Positions 48,583 through 59,063 of a DNA stretch of 64,000 nt are shown here, piece by piece. Under the pieces are notes generated by a model. That model was not told where the DNA came from, made no database searches, and saw only the letters and a list, made by a program, of their open reading frames with translations. The position numbers and the translations under genes are program-made. Source of the stretch: Chlamydiia bacterium (lineage in GTDB: Bacteria > Chlamydiota > Chlamydiia > Chlamydiales > Rhabdochlamydiaceae); contig CAWDOQ010000010.1 of NCBI GenBank assembly GCA_963804085.1, forward strand, positions 96,001 to 160,000. Reading direction: 5' to 3'. Numbering within the stretch: position 1 is the first letter of the stretch; each line of letters opens with the position of its first letter.

Positions 48583-49540
48583 ATGAAACGAATATTTATC
48601 ACAGGAATAGCAGGATTCATCGGATACCATCTGGCCTCTTTTCTCAAGAAGAGAGGGGATTTTGTCATTGGTTGCGATAATTTTAACTCCTACTATGATC
48701 CTCGGCTCAAAAAAGAGCGCGCCCGAAGATTAGCAGAATTAGGAATTATCGTCTTCGAGAGTGACATCCGCAAGCCCATCTCTTATCGAAAAAGCTATCG
48801 TCGAACATAAGATCACACACTTTGTTCATCTCGCTGCGCAAGCAGGTGTGCGCCATTCGCTCAAGCATCCCGAAGCTTACGTTGAGACAAATCTCGATGG
48901 CTTTGTGCAAATACTAGAAGTAATTAGACGCCATCCTCACATATAACTCACCTATGCCTCCTCCTCATCGGTCTACGGACTCAACACCAAAATCCCCTTT
49001 GCTGAAGATGACCGAACAGACTCACCCGCTAACCTCTATGGCGCGACAAAAAAGTCCAATGAGCTTCTCGCACACGCCTATCATCATCTGTACGGAATTG
49101 CGACAACAGGCCTCCGCTACTTCACCGTGTATGGCCCCTGGGGCCGTCCCGACATGGCCTACTTCGCTTTCACTGATGCCATTGCAAACGGAAAACCGAT
49201 CCAGCTCTACAACGAGGGCAAGATGCGGCGCGACTTTACCTACATCGACGATATCGTCCAAGGAACAGCCGCAGCCATCGACTTAGAAGCACAAAATGAG
49301 ATCTTCAACTTAGGAAACCACCATCCCGAAGATCTCCTCACCCTCGTCTCTCTTCTCGAAAAACTCACAGGCAAAAAAGCGATCAAGCAGCTCCTGCCCC
49401 CACAACCGGGCGAAGTGCTAATCACCTACGCCGACATCACCAAAAGCAAAAAAATGCTTAACTTCTCTCCCAAAACCAGCCTCGCCGACGGCCTCTCCCA
49501 CTTCATCTCCTGGTATAATCAACATAAATGCAATATTTAA
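48583..49540 (+). pseudogene. UDP-glucuronate 4-epimerase-like NAD-dependent epimerase with a frameshift (~48777) and an in-frame TAA (48944-48946)
   Basis: [54 protein letters not shown] spread over three ORF pieces. Confidence 0.88.
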
Positions 49541-49603
49541 ATTTTTAATATTATCAAAAAACCCCTCTCGTTTTTGTTACAAATATGTTATAATAGTTGA
49601 CCT

Positions 49604-51256
49604 ATGACGCAGGGTATTTCATTCCAAGAGTTTCTAAAGACGCCCTTAGGCTCACCTACAAATACTGTGGGGAAGTATGTGCTGGATTTTTTGAAAGCAG
49701 TGCCTTTTTCTTTAGTCTCCAAAGCCTTTCACGGATTTAACCAGCAGGTGATGCTGCGTGAAGCACGTGCGTTTTTTTATGACCATCCGGACGACGCCCT
49801 CCAACACAAGAAAGAAGTCCTGCCCTTGATTCCGCAGGAGCGCTCTCTTGAAGAGATACTACATGCTCGATTGGTTAAGTTCTCTTCTCAATTTGATGCG
49901 CGAGGAATGAAATTACAGGAGCTATTTACCTCTTGTTGGAAAGAGTTTGAAAAAGAAGAGACGCTTGCTCTACAAGAGACCACCCCCCATCGTCGAGAAC
50001 ACCGTCTTCAAACGCTTTACCTTCACCTCTCTCGCCTAGAGGCTGCTTTTGCTGATTGGCAAAAAGATAAAGCAGATAATCAAAGACTGGACAAAGTATA
50101 CCATGCACTTCTTTCCATTAGCTGCATAAGACGCACTTGCAACTGCTTTAAAGAAGTGATCGCCAAAACTGGCCTTAATCCCTCTAATCCCCAACAGATC
50201 TCTCTCTGCTTTGCTGCCCTTTACAAAGCACAAAAATCTCAAGCACACGCTTTAGGGTCTGACGTCAGAGATTTCTTTAAATTTTTTGATTCACCCCGAA
50301 TCGGTTCTTTTGTTTTCTGGCGTTTTGGATCCATAGAAAAAGCCATTTGCTTTGGATGGTGCATGAACGAGAATGCTTTTGCTTTCTTTTTGAACACATT
50401 GAAAGAGAAATATCCTGCGATAGGGGGGCCCATGCCTATTGGATGGGATGGGATAAGGAGTGCGCGCTCTTGGGTGCATGACCCTGCCAACGCTACAGCC
50501 TTTCAAGGCATCACTTTGCTAACTTTGGATCAAATTCATTGGGGCCTCCCTCCAGAAATTAGCCTACTTACCAATTTGCAATGCCTATCTGTGCATGCAA
50601 CTGAAAATAAAAACGGACGCCTGACAGGACTCCCAAAAGAGATCGGCTCATTAAAAAAATTAAAAACCCTTCTTTTTACTCGAGGACACGACTTTGAAGA
50701 GATCCCACCCGTTGTCGCCGAACTCATCTCTTTGGAAACTTTATCGATTTCAGGGCCGATTCGAGAGATCCCAGAAATGCTCACCAAGCTCCCGAATCTT
50801 TCGTCGCTCCTAATCTCCTCAAGTAAAGTGCAAAAGATTCCAGATAGCATCTGGCGCCATGTCCACAAAAAACCAACTGTGCTAGAAGAATTCTCTCGAT
50901 TCCTCTTTGGCCAAGCAAAAGATTCGAGAATAACTTTTGGCGTAGAGCATGAACAGCTCCGTGAGATTCCTCTAATGCTCCACCTCAAGCAAAATTGGAC
51001 CTTTTCCTATTTCAATCTTTTAAATGCAGCCGAAACGTTTCTGAATTGCGTGCCCTTTGAGTTCTGTCTGGGAGTGCCTCGTTCATTTTTAAACCTTGTA
51101 TCGGCCCTAGTGCTTATCCCCTTACAAACCGCCATTAATTTGCCCATCTTCCTTTTTAACATGCTTGTCATGTATGGAGTTGAGCCCCTCGCCACCGCTT
51201 TTCAGGACCTCTTCGGTTTGCCCCGCGAAATTAAGATTGGTAGGGTTGACCTATGA
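49604..51256 (+). CDS. Leucine-rich repeat protein (putative effector), paralog 1
   Basis: LPPEISLLTNLQ, LPKEIGSLKKLK, IPPVVAELISLE; hydrophobic C-terminus. Confidence 0.8.
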   Translation: MTQGISFQEFLKTPLGSPTNTVGKYVLDFLKAVPFSLVSKAFHGFNQQVMLREARAFFYDHPDDALQHKKEVLPLIPQERSLEEILHARLVKFSSQFDARGMKLQELFTSCWKEFEKEETLALQETTPHRREHRLQTLYLHLSRLEAAFADWQKDKADNQRLDKVYHALLSISCIRRTCNCFKEVIAKTGLNPSNPQQISLCFAALYKAQKSQAHALGSDVRDFFKFFDSPRIGSFVFWRFGSIEKAICFGWCMNENAFAFFLNTLKEKYPAIGGPMPIGWDGIRSARSWVHDPANATAFQGITLLTLDQIHWGLPPEISLLTNLQCLSVHATENKNGRLTGLPKEIGSLKKLKTLLFTRGHDFEEIPPVVAELISLETLSISGPIREIPEMLTKLPNLSSLLISSSKVQKIPDSIWRHVHKKPTVLEEFSRFLFGQAKDSRITFGVEHEQLREIPLMLHLKQNWTFSYFNLLNAAETFLNCVPFEFCLGVPRSFLNLVSALVLIPLQTAINLPIFLFNMLVMYGVEPLATAFQDLFGLPREIKIGRVDL

Positions 51257-52899
51257 CGCAGGGTATTTCATTCCAAGAGTTTCTAAAGACGCCCTTAGGC
51301 TCACCTACAAATACTGTGGGAAAGTTCGTGCTGGATTTTTTGAAAGCAGTGCCCTTTTCTTTAGTCTCCAAAGCCTTTTACGCATTTAACCAGCAGGTGA
51401 TGTTACAAGAAGGACGCGCTTTTTTCTACGTACATCCAGAGGACATTCTAATCCATAACGTAAAGATCTCCTCCCTCCTCCCTCCTGAGAGCCACATTCA
51501 AGATGCCCTAAGTGATCGATTGGCTCACTTCTCATCCCAATTTAACATGGAGCAGTATCCACGCATAACTGCGCTACTGAAAGATTTTGAAAGAGAAAAA
51601 GAGTTGGCCTTACAAGAGACAAATCCAGACCGCCGTGACCAGTATCTTAAGTCGCTCTTTATAGATCTTTGCAAGATAGAAAGCTCCTATGCTGAATGGC
51701 AAAAAAACAAAACAGAGACAGCATCAGATAGGCTATTTAACAGACTTCTGTTAGATAGATGCAAGAGACGCGCCATCGCCCGCTTTAAAGAAGTGGTTGC
51801 AAAAACCAGCTTCGACTCTTGCAATCCCAAGGAGATCTCTCTCTGTTTTGCCGAACTCTACAAAAAGCAAAAATCTCAAGCAAATGCTTTAGGACATGTC
51901 GCAAGAAAGCAGTTTAAAGAGCATGACTTCTCCCATGTTGGCTCTTTTGCTTTTTGGCGTTTTGGAACGCTAGAGGAAGCTATTATCTTAGCATGGCATG
52001 AACGCGAGAATGCTTTTGCACAATTTTGGGTCCAGATAAAAGAACAATTTCCTGCTATTGGAGGTCCCCTTCAGATCACCAATTTGGATGAGTTTAATCA
52101 AGCACACTCATGGATGAATAATCGAGATAATGCTCCTGCCTTTCAAGCTATAACCTCTCTACCTTTAAGGAGGGTTTTATATGCCCTTCCGCCAGAAATT
52201 GGAATGCTCACCGAATTGGAAAATTTATCCGTTCATTCAAGAGAGGAAGTAAATTTCAAACTCACAGGTCTTCCAGTGGAGATAGGCTCTCTAAAAAAAT
52301 TAAAACACTTAGATCTTTTTGAGGGGCATGACTTTGAAGAGATTCCATCCGTGATCGGAGAGTTGACCTCTTTGCAAACTTTGCTAATTTCGGGGCCCAT
52401 TCAAGTGATCCCCGAAAAACCACTTGCTCAACTTCCCCATCTTCATGGTCTTTGGATCTCCAACAGCAAAGTAGATAAAATTCCGGATACCCTCTGGCGG
52501 CGCATGTATGGACGTCATACTACCCAAATAATCACTCAGACTCCCTCAGGTAAACGCCATACTTCTATTACTTTCGGCATAGATCCCAAGCAGCTTCACG
52601 AGATCCCTCTCATCCTCTATTTGAGGCAAAACTGGACCTTTTCCTATCTCAAATTATGGGGTCCGTTTAAAGAGTATTTTGAAATAGGCAAGTTACTGAG
52701 CGATTTTCCTTGCATTCCCCTCGCCTCGCTACCCCTCTGTATATTTACGTCTTTGAGCTTTTCTCTGATCTTCGTATTGGAAGTGACTCTTAATCTCCCC
52801 TTCTTCCTCTTGAACACGCTAGTCATGTATGGAGTTGAGCCACTCGCTACAACTTTTCGTGACCTGTTCGGCTATAGCCGAACAATTCGCCTAGATTGA
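51253..52899 (+). CDS. Leucine-rich repeat protein, paralog 2
   Basis: Same layout; the first ~50 aa are almost identical to paralog 1. Confidence 0.8.
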   Translation: MTQGISFQEFLKTPLGSPTNTVGKFVLDFLKAVPFSLVSKAFYAFNQQVMLQEGRAFFYVHPEDILIHNVKISSLLPPESHIQDALSDRLAHFSSQFNMEQYPRITALLKDFEREKELALQETNPDRRDQYLKSLFIDLCKIESSYAEWQKNKTETASDRLFNRLLLDRCKRRAIARFKEVVAKTSFDSCNPKEISLCFAELYKKQKSQANALGHVARKQFKEHDFSHVGSFAFWRFGTLEEAIILAWHERENAFAQFWVQIKEQFPAIGGPLQITNLDEFNQAHSWMNNRDNAPAFQAITSLPLRRVLYALPPEIGMLTELENLSVHSREEVNFKLTGLPVEIGSLKKLKHLDLFEGHDFEEIPSVIGELTSLQTLLISGPIQVIPEKPLAQLPHLHGLWISNSKVDKIPDTLWRRMYGRHTTQIITQTPSGKRHTSITFGIDPKQLHEIPLILYLRQNWTFSYLKLWGPFKEYFEIGKLLSDFPCIPLASLPLCIFTSLSFSLIFVLEVTLNLPFFLLNTLVMYGVEPLATTFRDLFGYSRTIRLD

Positions 52900-54237
52900 C
52901 TTTCTTTGCCAACTCTTCAATTGACTCGATGTCACGCCTAGACCCGCGATACGACTCTCATCTATTTCTGCTAGATCTTCCATCAGATCTTCGATAAAGG
53001 CATCTCGATCCGCCTTTTTCACAAGCTTGTCTGCCTGTATTGCGATGTATTTTTGCATAGCCTTTCCTGTAATATTCTTAACAAGAATGTCACGGATAAG
53101 AGCGCGACGTTGTTGTCGATATCGCACGCGGATCTCATCAAATCCTATGGTTTTAACTGTCGTATCATACTAGGCACACGTGCGCATATACGAGAAGACA
53201 TATAGATCAAGGATAGGATGAATATCTTGCAGTTCATAGATCGCAATCACAGCTGAGGTATAATCCTCTTTCTCTACATCATTAAATGATAACGGAACCA
53301 CATTGCTTTTGATGAGAGGGATATTTGCGCTAAGTCGAGCTGTGCGCTTGTTAACATCAGCAAATGCTTGCAAGTAGCTTATATGAATCAGCAAAAAGAG
53401 GCTCTGCTCGTAGGGATCTTTAATCCTTGCCGCCTTTGTAGTAATGCGATCTAGACGCAGCTCTAGCTGTTTAGGATTTTCGAAAGGAATATAGGAAGAT
53501 CCTCCTATGCGCACGCCATGATCTCTCACCTTTCCAGAATAGCGCGCTTCAAGTAACCCGTCTGAGAGAAGGTAGTGGAGAGTACAAATAGTCTGCTTAT
53601 TGACTTCAAGCCGCGGAGCCATATCAACTAAGTAGCGAATCGCTTCTTTGTGATTGAGAATCATGATCTTCTCTTCGTCAAGCTTTCCCTCGGCGCCTGC
53701 TCCTTCAAGAATCAGCTTCTCCGTGTCTAACAGGGAATAAGTGTTACCTTCCAATCTCGATGAGTTGTAGGAAAGGTCGATAAGAAGGCGATGAAAAATC
53801 TGATGGGCATAAGTTCCTGCTGGATCTTCTACTTTAGAGCGCTTGCCTGCTTTGTATAACTGCTCTCTTAATTCTAGCGGGATATAGAAGGTCGTATTAG
53901 GCTTGTACGCATCGAACCAATCATCTTGATAAGCAACAGGCATCCGCTCAAACATTGGGCGCCTTATCTGTTGGAGTACTTTTTCACTCCTTGATCCAAA
54001 GCAGCTGCCAGTATGACCTACATCGCGCTCTTCACGTTGAAGAACTTTATAATGAGTGCCGCGTTTCTTGCCGATCTTTTCAACTAGCCCTTCTTTCACT
54101 AACTCAGCCAGCCATCTTCTTACGCTTCTTTCTGCATAATCTGGGCCAAGTTTTTGAAGCAACATCTCTAAGCTGATGGTGTCCGCTTCTTGACTAAGTT
54201 GATGTAATACGGCCAATTTTTTAGTCCGAACTTTCAT
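52891..54237 (-). pseudogene. wHTH-Fic family protein interrupted by an in-frame TAG at 53170-53172
   Basis: SSRLEGNTYS, NHKEA, Fic-like YLQAFADVNKRTARL. The ORF 52891..53127 is in the same frame. Confidence 0.85.
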
Positions 54238-54380
54238 AAAATGCCTGCTTTTTCCCTAATACGGCCAATTTTACTCGAAATACGGCCAAATTTCCAGCAA
54301 TTTTGGCCGTATTATTTGTAAGTGGTTTAAGATTAATCGCTTAAAAAATCAGAATACGGCCAATTTTTTGGCCGTATTCT
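54206..54380. repeat. Six copies of AATACGGCCAA (four direct, two inverted)
   Basis: Direct at 54206, 54258, 54279, 54353; inverted at 54303, 54368. Confidence 0.9.
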
Positions 54381-54386
54381 TCAAAA

Positions 54387-55917
54387 TCAGATCAGGTAGT
54401 GAGAGAAGGCGTCTGGAAGAAGCTTGATTAGATCGGAGGCGATCATGCCGTAGGATGTCTTTTCGAGAGCGGCGAGCTCGCCGGCTGCGCCATGCAGAAG
54501 GGCGCCTATGCTAGCTGCGAGGCGCGGCTGGAGTCCTTGCGCGAGAAGTGCTGCGATCACTCCGCTTAGGACATCGCCTGTGCCGGCAGTTGCCATGCCC
54601 GGGTCGCCACGTGTCACAATGAGAGGAGCCTCATCGGGATGGAAGATGAAGGTGGGTCCGCCTTTGAGTACAATTGTGGCCTTTCGCTTCTCTGCAAATC
54701 TTTGGCACTCTTTGTGAAAGGCTCGCTCATCTTTTTCTTTCTTAGATTGAACAAGAAGCCGTTCCATCTCCTTGCGATGGGGCGTGAGCACCGAGTTTTT
54801 GGGGATCTTCCATTTGGGATTCTCTGCAAGGAAGTAGAGCGCATCAGCATCGACAAGTGTTGAAAGAGCGCTTTTTTCTAAAAGCTCTTTGATCTTTTTC
54901 TTTGCTATCGGGCGTGCGTCCCATCCCAGGCCCTATGAGAAGCGATTTGGCTCTTTTGCTCTCCTCGAAAATACGCGCAAGGGAGCTTCCTTTTAGCTCT
55001 TCTTTTACAAGCTCAAGAGGTGCTCGGGCAAGCTCTGCCCGAAAAGAAGCGGTATGAAAGAGTCTGACGATCCCGGCACCGGAGCGCAGCGCAGCAAGTG
55101 TGGATAAAAAAGCAGCGCCCGACATGCCGGGAGATCCGGCAACTGCGAGTAGGTAGCCTGCTTGGTATTTATGGCGATTGCGCACGACGGGAGGAAGGAG
55201 CGTAGGCACCGCCTCTTCGTTGATCAGGTAGGCTTCTGCTTTGGCCCTTTGGATGTAGCTCTCTTTTAGGCCGAAATCGACTCTGGTCAGCTCCCCCACA
55301 TGGTTCCAACCCTCTCCAATAAAAAATCCGACTTTAGGCAGCCCCAAATAGATGGTTCGCAGAGCATGAATGGCGCAGGTTTGGACCTCTCCCGTATTCC
55401 CATTGACTCCGGAGGGAATATCGACTGCCAAAATAGGCAAGTGTGATTGATTGGCCTTCTGAATGGCGCGCGCGAGTGGGGCATCGGGCTTTCCCTTAAA
55501 TCCGGTTCCTACAAGTCCATCTAAGATCACACCCTCGTGGAGCTCAGGAAATGGGGCACTCTCTTTGACAAAGTGGATCTTACCGCCCGCTTTTTTAAAA
55601 GCTTCGCCCTGTTTTTGACAAAGTAGGCTGCTTATCTCGAAAGGGTAGATCTGAATGGCGCGGACAGAAAAGCCTTTTGCTAGAAGACGCTTACCGGCAG
55701 CAAAAGCATCTCCGCCATTGTTTCCTTTACCCACAAGGAGTATCACCTCTTTGCCTAGATCGTTTGCAAAGCAGAACTCCTCTGTCTCTTCGGCAATACC
55801 CATGCCTGCATTTTCCATGAAAGCGAGCTCAGAATCCCCTTTTGCATAGGCAAGCTTTTCGATGCGCACCATCTCTTCGGCTGTGACTACTTTGTGTCCC
55901 TGAATGAGATTGCTCAT
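54387..55917 (-). pseudogene. nnr: Bifunctional NAD(P)H-hydrate epimerase/dehydratase, frameshifted at ~54900
   Basis: MENAG, GNNGGD, DIPSG, GPGMG; after the shift LVDADAL, LTPH, VLKG, GMATAGTGDVLSG. Confidence 0.88.
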
Positions 55918-56912
55918 AGATGCTCTTCCTTAACTGCGCGTTGCAAAAGCGCTTTTACAGCGTCTTTGGGATTGAGTCCTTCGTAAAGAACAGCATTTAT
56001 CGCCTCTGTAATCGGCACATCAATATGGGATTTTTTCCCAAGTTGCAAGGCTGAAACGCAGGTGTAGGCCCCTTCGACCACCATGCCGATCTTGTCTTTG
56101 GCCGCTTGCATATCCAGCCCCTGTGCAATCAGATGGCCAAAGCTGTAGTTGCGGCTAAGTTTTGAAAGGCAGGTAACGCAGAGATCTCCCATTCCCGAAA
56201 GACCGTTTAAGGTCTCGGGCTGACACTTCTTGCTGACAGCCAATTTACGCATCTCATGGAGGCCGCGTGTCATAAGTGCAGCTTTTGTGTTATCCCCAAA
56301 TCCAAGACCATCGGCAATACCGCAAGCAATCGCGATTATATTTTTCATCGCTCCGCCAAAGGCAACTCCATTGATATCCCCATTGGGATAGATGCGGAAA
56401 TAGGGGGTCGAAAAGATCTCGCGGATATCGAGCATGAGCTTGCTATTGTAGGAGGAGGAGACGATAGATGTGGGTAGCTTTTGGATGACCTCTTCTGCGT
56501 GGCTAGGCCCGCTTAAACAGCCGATCCGGTCCCGGTACTTCTCTCCCATCACTTGGAGGACCACCTCGGGAAGAAGTAGGCAGCTATTTTGCTCGATCCC
56601 TTTCGAAGTGACGACGACCGGTGCCTTCACACTGCCAAAAGCCCGTACCTGCTCAAAAACGGGCCGAATCCCCGAAGAGGTCACCGATTCGACAATGAGC
56701 TCCGCCCCATCTAAAGCCTCTTTTAAGTCGCTTGTAAAGACCACGTTTTCATGGGCTTTAAAGCGCGGAAGCTTAGGATGCTCCCTTTTCTTTGTAAGAA
56801 GCTTGACAAACTCGGGATTGGCCGACCAGAGGAGGACCCTGTTTCCCTTTGAGGCTAAAAGCGATGCGAGGCAAAAGCCCCATGTGCCTGCCCCTAAATA
56901 CCCAATATGCAT
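55914..56912 (-). CDS. gpsA: NAD(P)H-dependent glycerol-3-phosphate dehydrogenase
   Basis: GAGTWG, SKGIE, SGPSHA, GGAMKN, GMGDL..TC.S..SRN. Confidence 0.96.
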   Translation of the reverse strand: MHIGYLGAGTWGFCLASLLASKGNRVLLWSANPEFVKLLTKKREHPKLPRFKAHENVVFTSDLKEALDGAELIVESVTSSGIRPVFEQVRAFGSVKAPVVVTSKGIEQNSCLLLPEVVLQVMGEKYRDRIGCLSGPSHAEEVIQKLPTSIVSSSYNSKLMLDIREIFSTPYFRIYPNGDINGVAFGGAMKNIIAIACGIADGLGFGDNTKAALMTRGLHEMRKLAVSKKCQPETLNGLSGMGDLCVTCLSKLSRNYSFGHLIAQGLDMQAAKDKIGMVVEGAYTCVSALQLGKKSHIDVPITEAINAVLYEGLNPKDAVKALLQRAVKEEHL

Positions 56913-56967
56913 TGGACCAAATTACCACACGTTTAACTACAGGTCAAATCCTATTTAACATACTCAT

Positions 56968-57026
56968 AATCAACATGTTAAATATTAAAATAATATATTG
57001 AATTAATAAACTAATTATTATATACT
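56968..57026 (+). promoter_or_regulatory. IHF-consensus site plus sigma66-type promoter
   Basis: AATCAACATGTTA (56968-56980); TTGAAT-N17-TATACT (56998-57026); AGGAGG RBS follows. Confidence 0.5.
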
Positions 57027-57061
57027 TTAATTATAAATAGTTAAAAAAGGAGGTCAATAAT

Positions 57062-57523
57062 ATGACTCGTATTTCAACATATACCTCAACAGGCGACAAG
57101 TCTCACCGCATCAATGATAAGATGACGGCTGCCTTTGTTAACTTTGAAGAGGACCATAAAGGAACAGGCCGGGGACTTTTGGGCATAGCCCAAGTAGTCG
57201 TCGGTATTGTTTACCCTCTTTTTAAAGCACTTGGCGCATTTTGCCCTATTCTTCCAGTAGGGCTAAAGCGACGCTGCCTTTGGCTTAAAGAAGCAAAAGG
57301 TGGCCTCTCTTATATAGGTCACGGTCTTGCCAACATGGGTGTTGGTCTTGCCTCTTTCATTCCGCGCGTGAATGCGGATAGATTCGGACACATTGAATAT
57401 GCCAACGAGTATCGTAACAGAGTTCTACAAAGGGATGCCGAGCACATGCTTAACGGAAATCAAGAAAAGAGCGAAAAGCAGGAGCACTATCAATACGGAG
57501 ATGAACTCCCTACTGATCTTTAG
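57062..57523 (+). CDS. Small hypothetical membrane-associated protein
   Basis: Strong RBS; GRGLLGIAQVVVG...HGLANM..G...FIP hydrophobic segments. Confidence 0.65.
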   Translation: MTRISTYTSTGDKSHRINDKMTAAFVNFEEDHKGTGRGLLGIAQVVVGIVYPLFKALGAFCPILPVGLKRRCLWLKEAKGGLSYIGHGLANMGVGLASFIPRVNADRFGHIEYANEYRNRVLQRDAEHMLNGNQEKSEKQEHYQYGDELPTDL

Positions 57524-57706
57524 AGCCAGTTGCAAAACTCCCCGCCCCCAGAAAAATCGAAGATTTTGAGTCAGTTTGCCGGGGCTGCAGAGCAGCCCGA
57601 ACCCCGCCGCCGGGGACATACTCAAGGAGAGTAGGACCCGGCGGCGGGGCGTCAAAATGGCTCAAAAGGGCAATTTTGCTGCGGCGGGGAGTTTTGTAAT
57701 TGGCTC
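57523..57706. mobile_element. MITE (non-autonomous IS derivative), 184 bp
   Basis: 24-bp TIRs GAGCCAGTTGCAAAACTCCCCGCC (22/24 match), flanked by TTTA on both sides, with internal inverted repeats. Confidence 0.85.
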
Positions 57707-57707
57707 T

Positions 57708-59063
57708 TTAAGCCTCGATATACTCCTGGTCGGGAAGCTCTCTTCCCTTCCACTTAGCAAGAAGTGCGCTTGTGGGGTAATAAAACGCCTGGTCGAGCTC
57801 AAATTTGCGAGCGGGCGGCTCCAAGCCCGTTATCTCTTTAAAAGTTCTACGATCTTTATCTAAAAGGGCGGCTTGCACTTGTTGTAAGCTATCCTCTCCT
57901 GCCGCGTTTTTCCAAGGAGCGAACGCCTCTTCTCGCGGATAAACCATCACCTTGCAGCGCTCTGCGAAATTCAAAAGATCAAAAATGTAGGTCTCGCATT
58001 TTGCAATAATCGCCTCTTCTCTACTCATCCCTTTCAGAATGGGCGCGCTCTTCTTTGCAATATGCCAAGGCAAAAAGAATTGAGGGTCGCGCACCATTTT
58101 TTTCACAAAATCCATGCTAAAGCAAAAGAGGCTGATGTTAGCTACTTTCCAAAGGAGAGAGCCGTCTGGATTTTTGGCGCTCTTCTCTTTTTCGGGAAGC
58201 TCTGCATATTCGATTACGCGTATCTTACCTTCCGGGGTGGCGCCCACTACTCCCACCTTCTCATTTTCATCGCGCCTAAAGACGCACTTTAAGGTGACCT
58301 CCATACCCGCTTGAGCATGGTTTCCGATGAGCTCTGCATCAAAAGGGTCGGCGAGTGGATTGTCGATGAGAATCACATTCACATATTCGATCCCCTTCTC
58401 CTTCCACTTGGCCCAGAGCCCCTGATCAAAAAAGTGGGTGAAGACTCCACCATTTCCATCAGCCCCCTCTGCGAGAACACCGGGCGCCTCTAAGACCCAA
58501 TCTCCCTTATCATCGAGAAAAGGAAGAGTTCCTTGCAAAAAGAGGGTGCACTGCTCTTGCGTTAAGCCGAACCACTGGTTTTTTTCTAAAAAGGAGAGAG
58601 TGGCTGCGTGGTTTTGAGGCGAGGTCATCACAGCAAGGGGAAGCGCCTTTGCAGCAAATTGGGAAGCCGCACGTGTCTTTTCTAAAAAGAGCTGCAAAAG
58701 ACTCTTGCCTTTGATGGGCGAAAGAGGGAGCGTTCCTTTGGGCTGGCCCGCTTGTTTTAGGCGCGAACCTTGTCCGCCAGCCAAAAGCAGGCAGCCCACC
58801 TTCCCTTCGCTTATAAGTCTTTTGCCGCGCTCTTTGTTTAAAAGAGATCCTACTGTGTCGAATTGCGTAAGAGGCTGCAAGGAGGAGGGAGGAGCAACCG
58901 GACGAAAGAGCGCTTCTCTCTGTCTTTTAAGCAGATGGATATCATACTTTTTGAGCTGCGATAAAAAAGCCTCTTGCTGCGAAGGAGAGAGAGCGTCAAC
59001 ACCGAATCCTAGATCCTTTTGCCCTAAGGAGGCGAGTCTTTCTAAAATCTGCTCTTTTAGCAT
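57708..59063 (-). CDS. UDP-N-acetylglucosamine pyrophosphorylase (UAP1/UDPGP family)
   Basis: LLAGGQGSRL..PKG, MTS, GNGG, DNPL, EKVG, IEYAE, K.E.YIFD. Confidence 0.88.
   Translation of the reverse strand: MLKEQILERLASLGQKDLGFGVDALSPSQQEAFLSQLKKYDIHLLKRQREALFRPVAPPSSLQPLTQFDTVGSLLNKERGKRLISEGKVGCLLLAGGQGSRLKQAGQPKGTLPLSPIKGKSLLQLFLEKTRAASQFAAKALPLAVMTSPQNHAATLSFLEKNQWFGLTQEQCTLFLQGTLPFLDDKGDWVLEAPGVLAEGADGNGGVFTHFFDQGLWAKWKEKGIEYVNVILIDNPLADPFDAELIGNHAQAGMEVTLKCVFRRDENEKVGVVGATPEGKIRVIEYAELPEKEKSAKNPDGSLLWKVANISLFCFSMDFVKKMVRDPQFFLPWHIAKKSAPILKGMSREEAIIAKCETYIFDLLNFAERCKVMVYPREEAFAPWKNAAGEDSLQQVQAALLDKDRRTFKEITGLEPPARKFELDQAFYYPTSALLAKWKGRELPDQEYIEA

Noticed and set aside
48944-53172. Stop-codon reassignment or pyrrolysine explaining the in-frame TAA and TAG
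   Set aside because: TAA, TAG and TGA all end conserved genes at expected positions here (e.g. frr TAG, pyrH TAA, tsf TGA), and no pyl genes are visible.
54206-54380. AATACGGCCAA array as CRISPR or plasmid iterons
   Set aside because: Repeats are 11 bp, irregularly spaced and in both orientations; no cas or rep gene nearby.
56952-56984. dif site (ATTTAACAT...ATGTTAAAT)
   Set aside because: Arms resemble XerD sites but the spacing is 11-9-11 rather than 11-6-11 and there is no XerC-type arm; an IHF consensus explains part of it.
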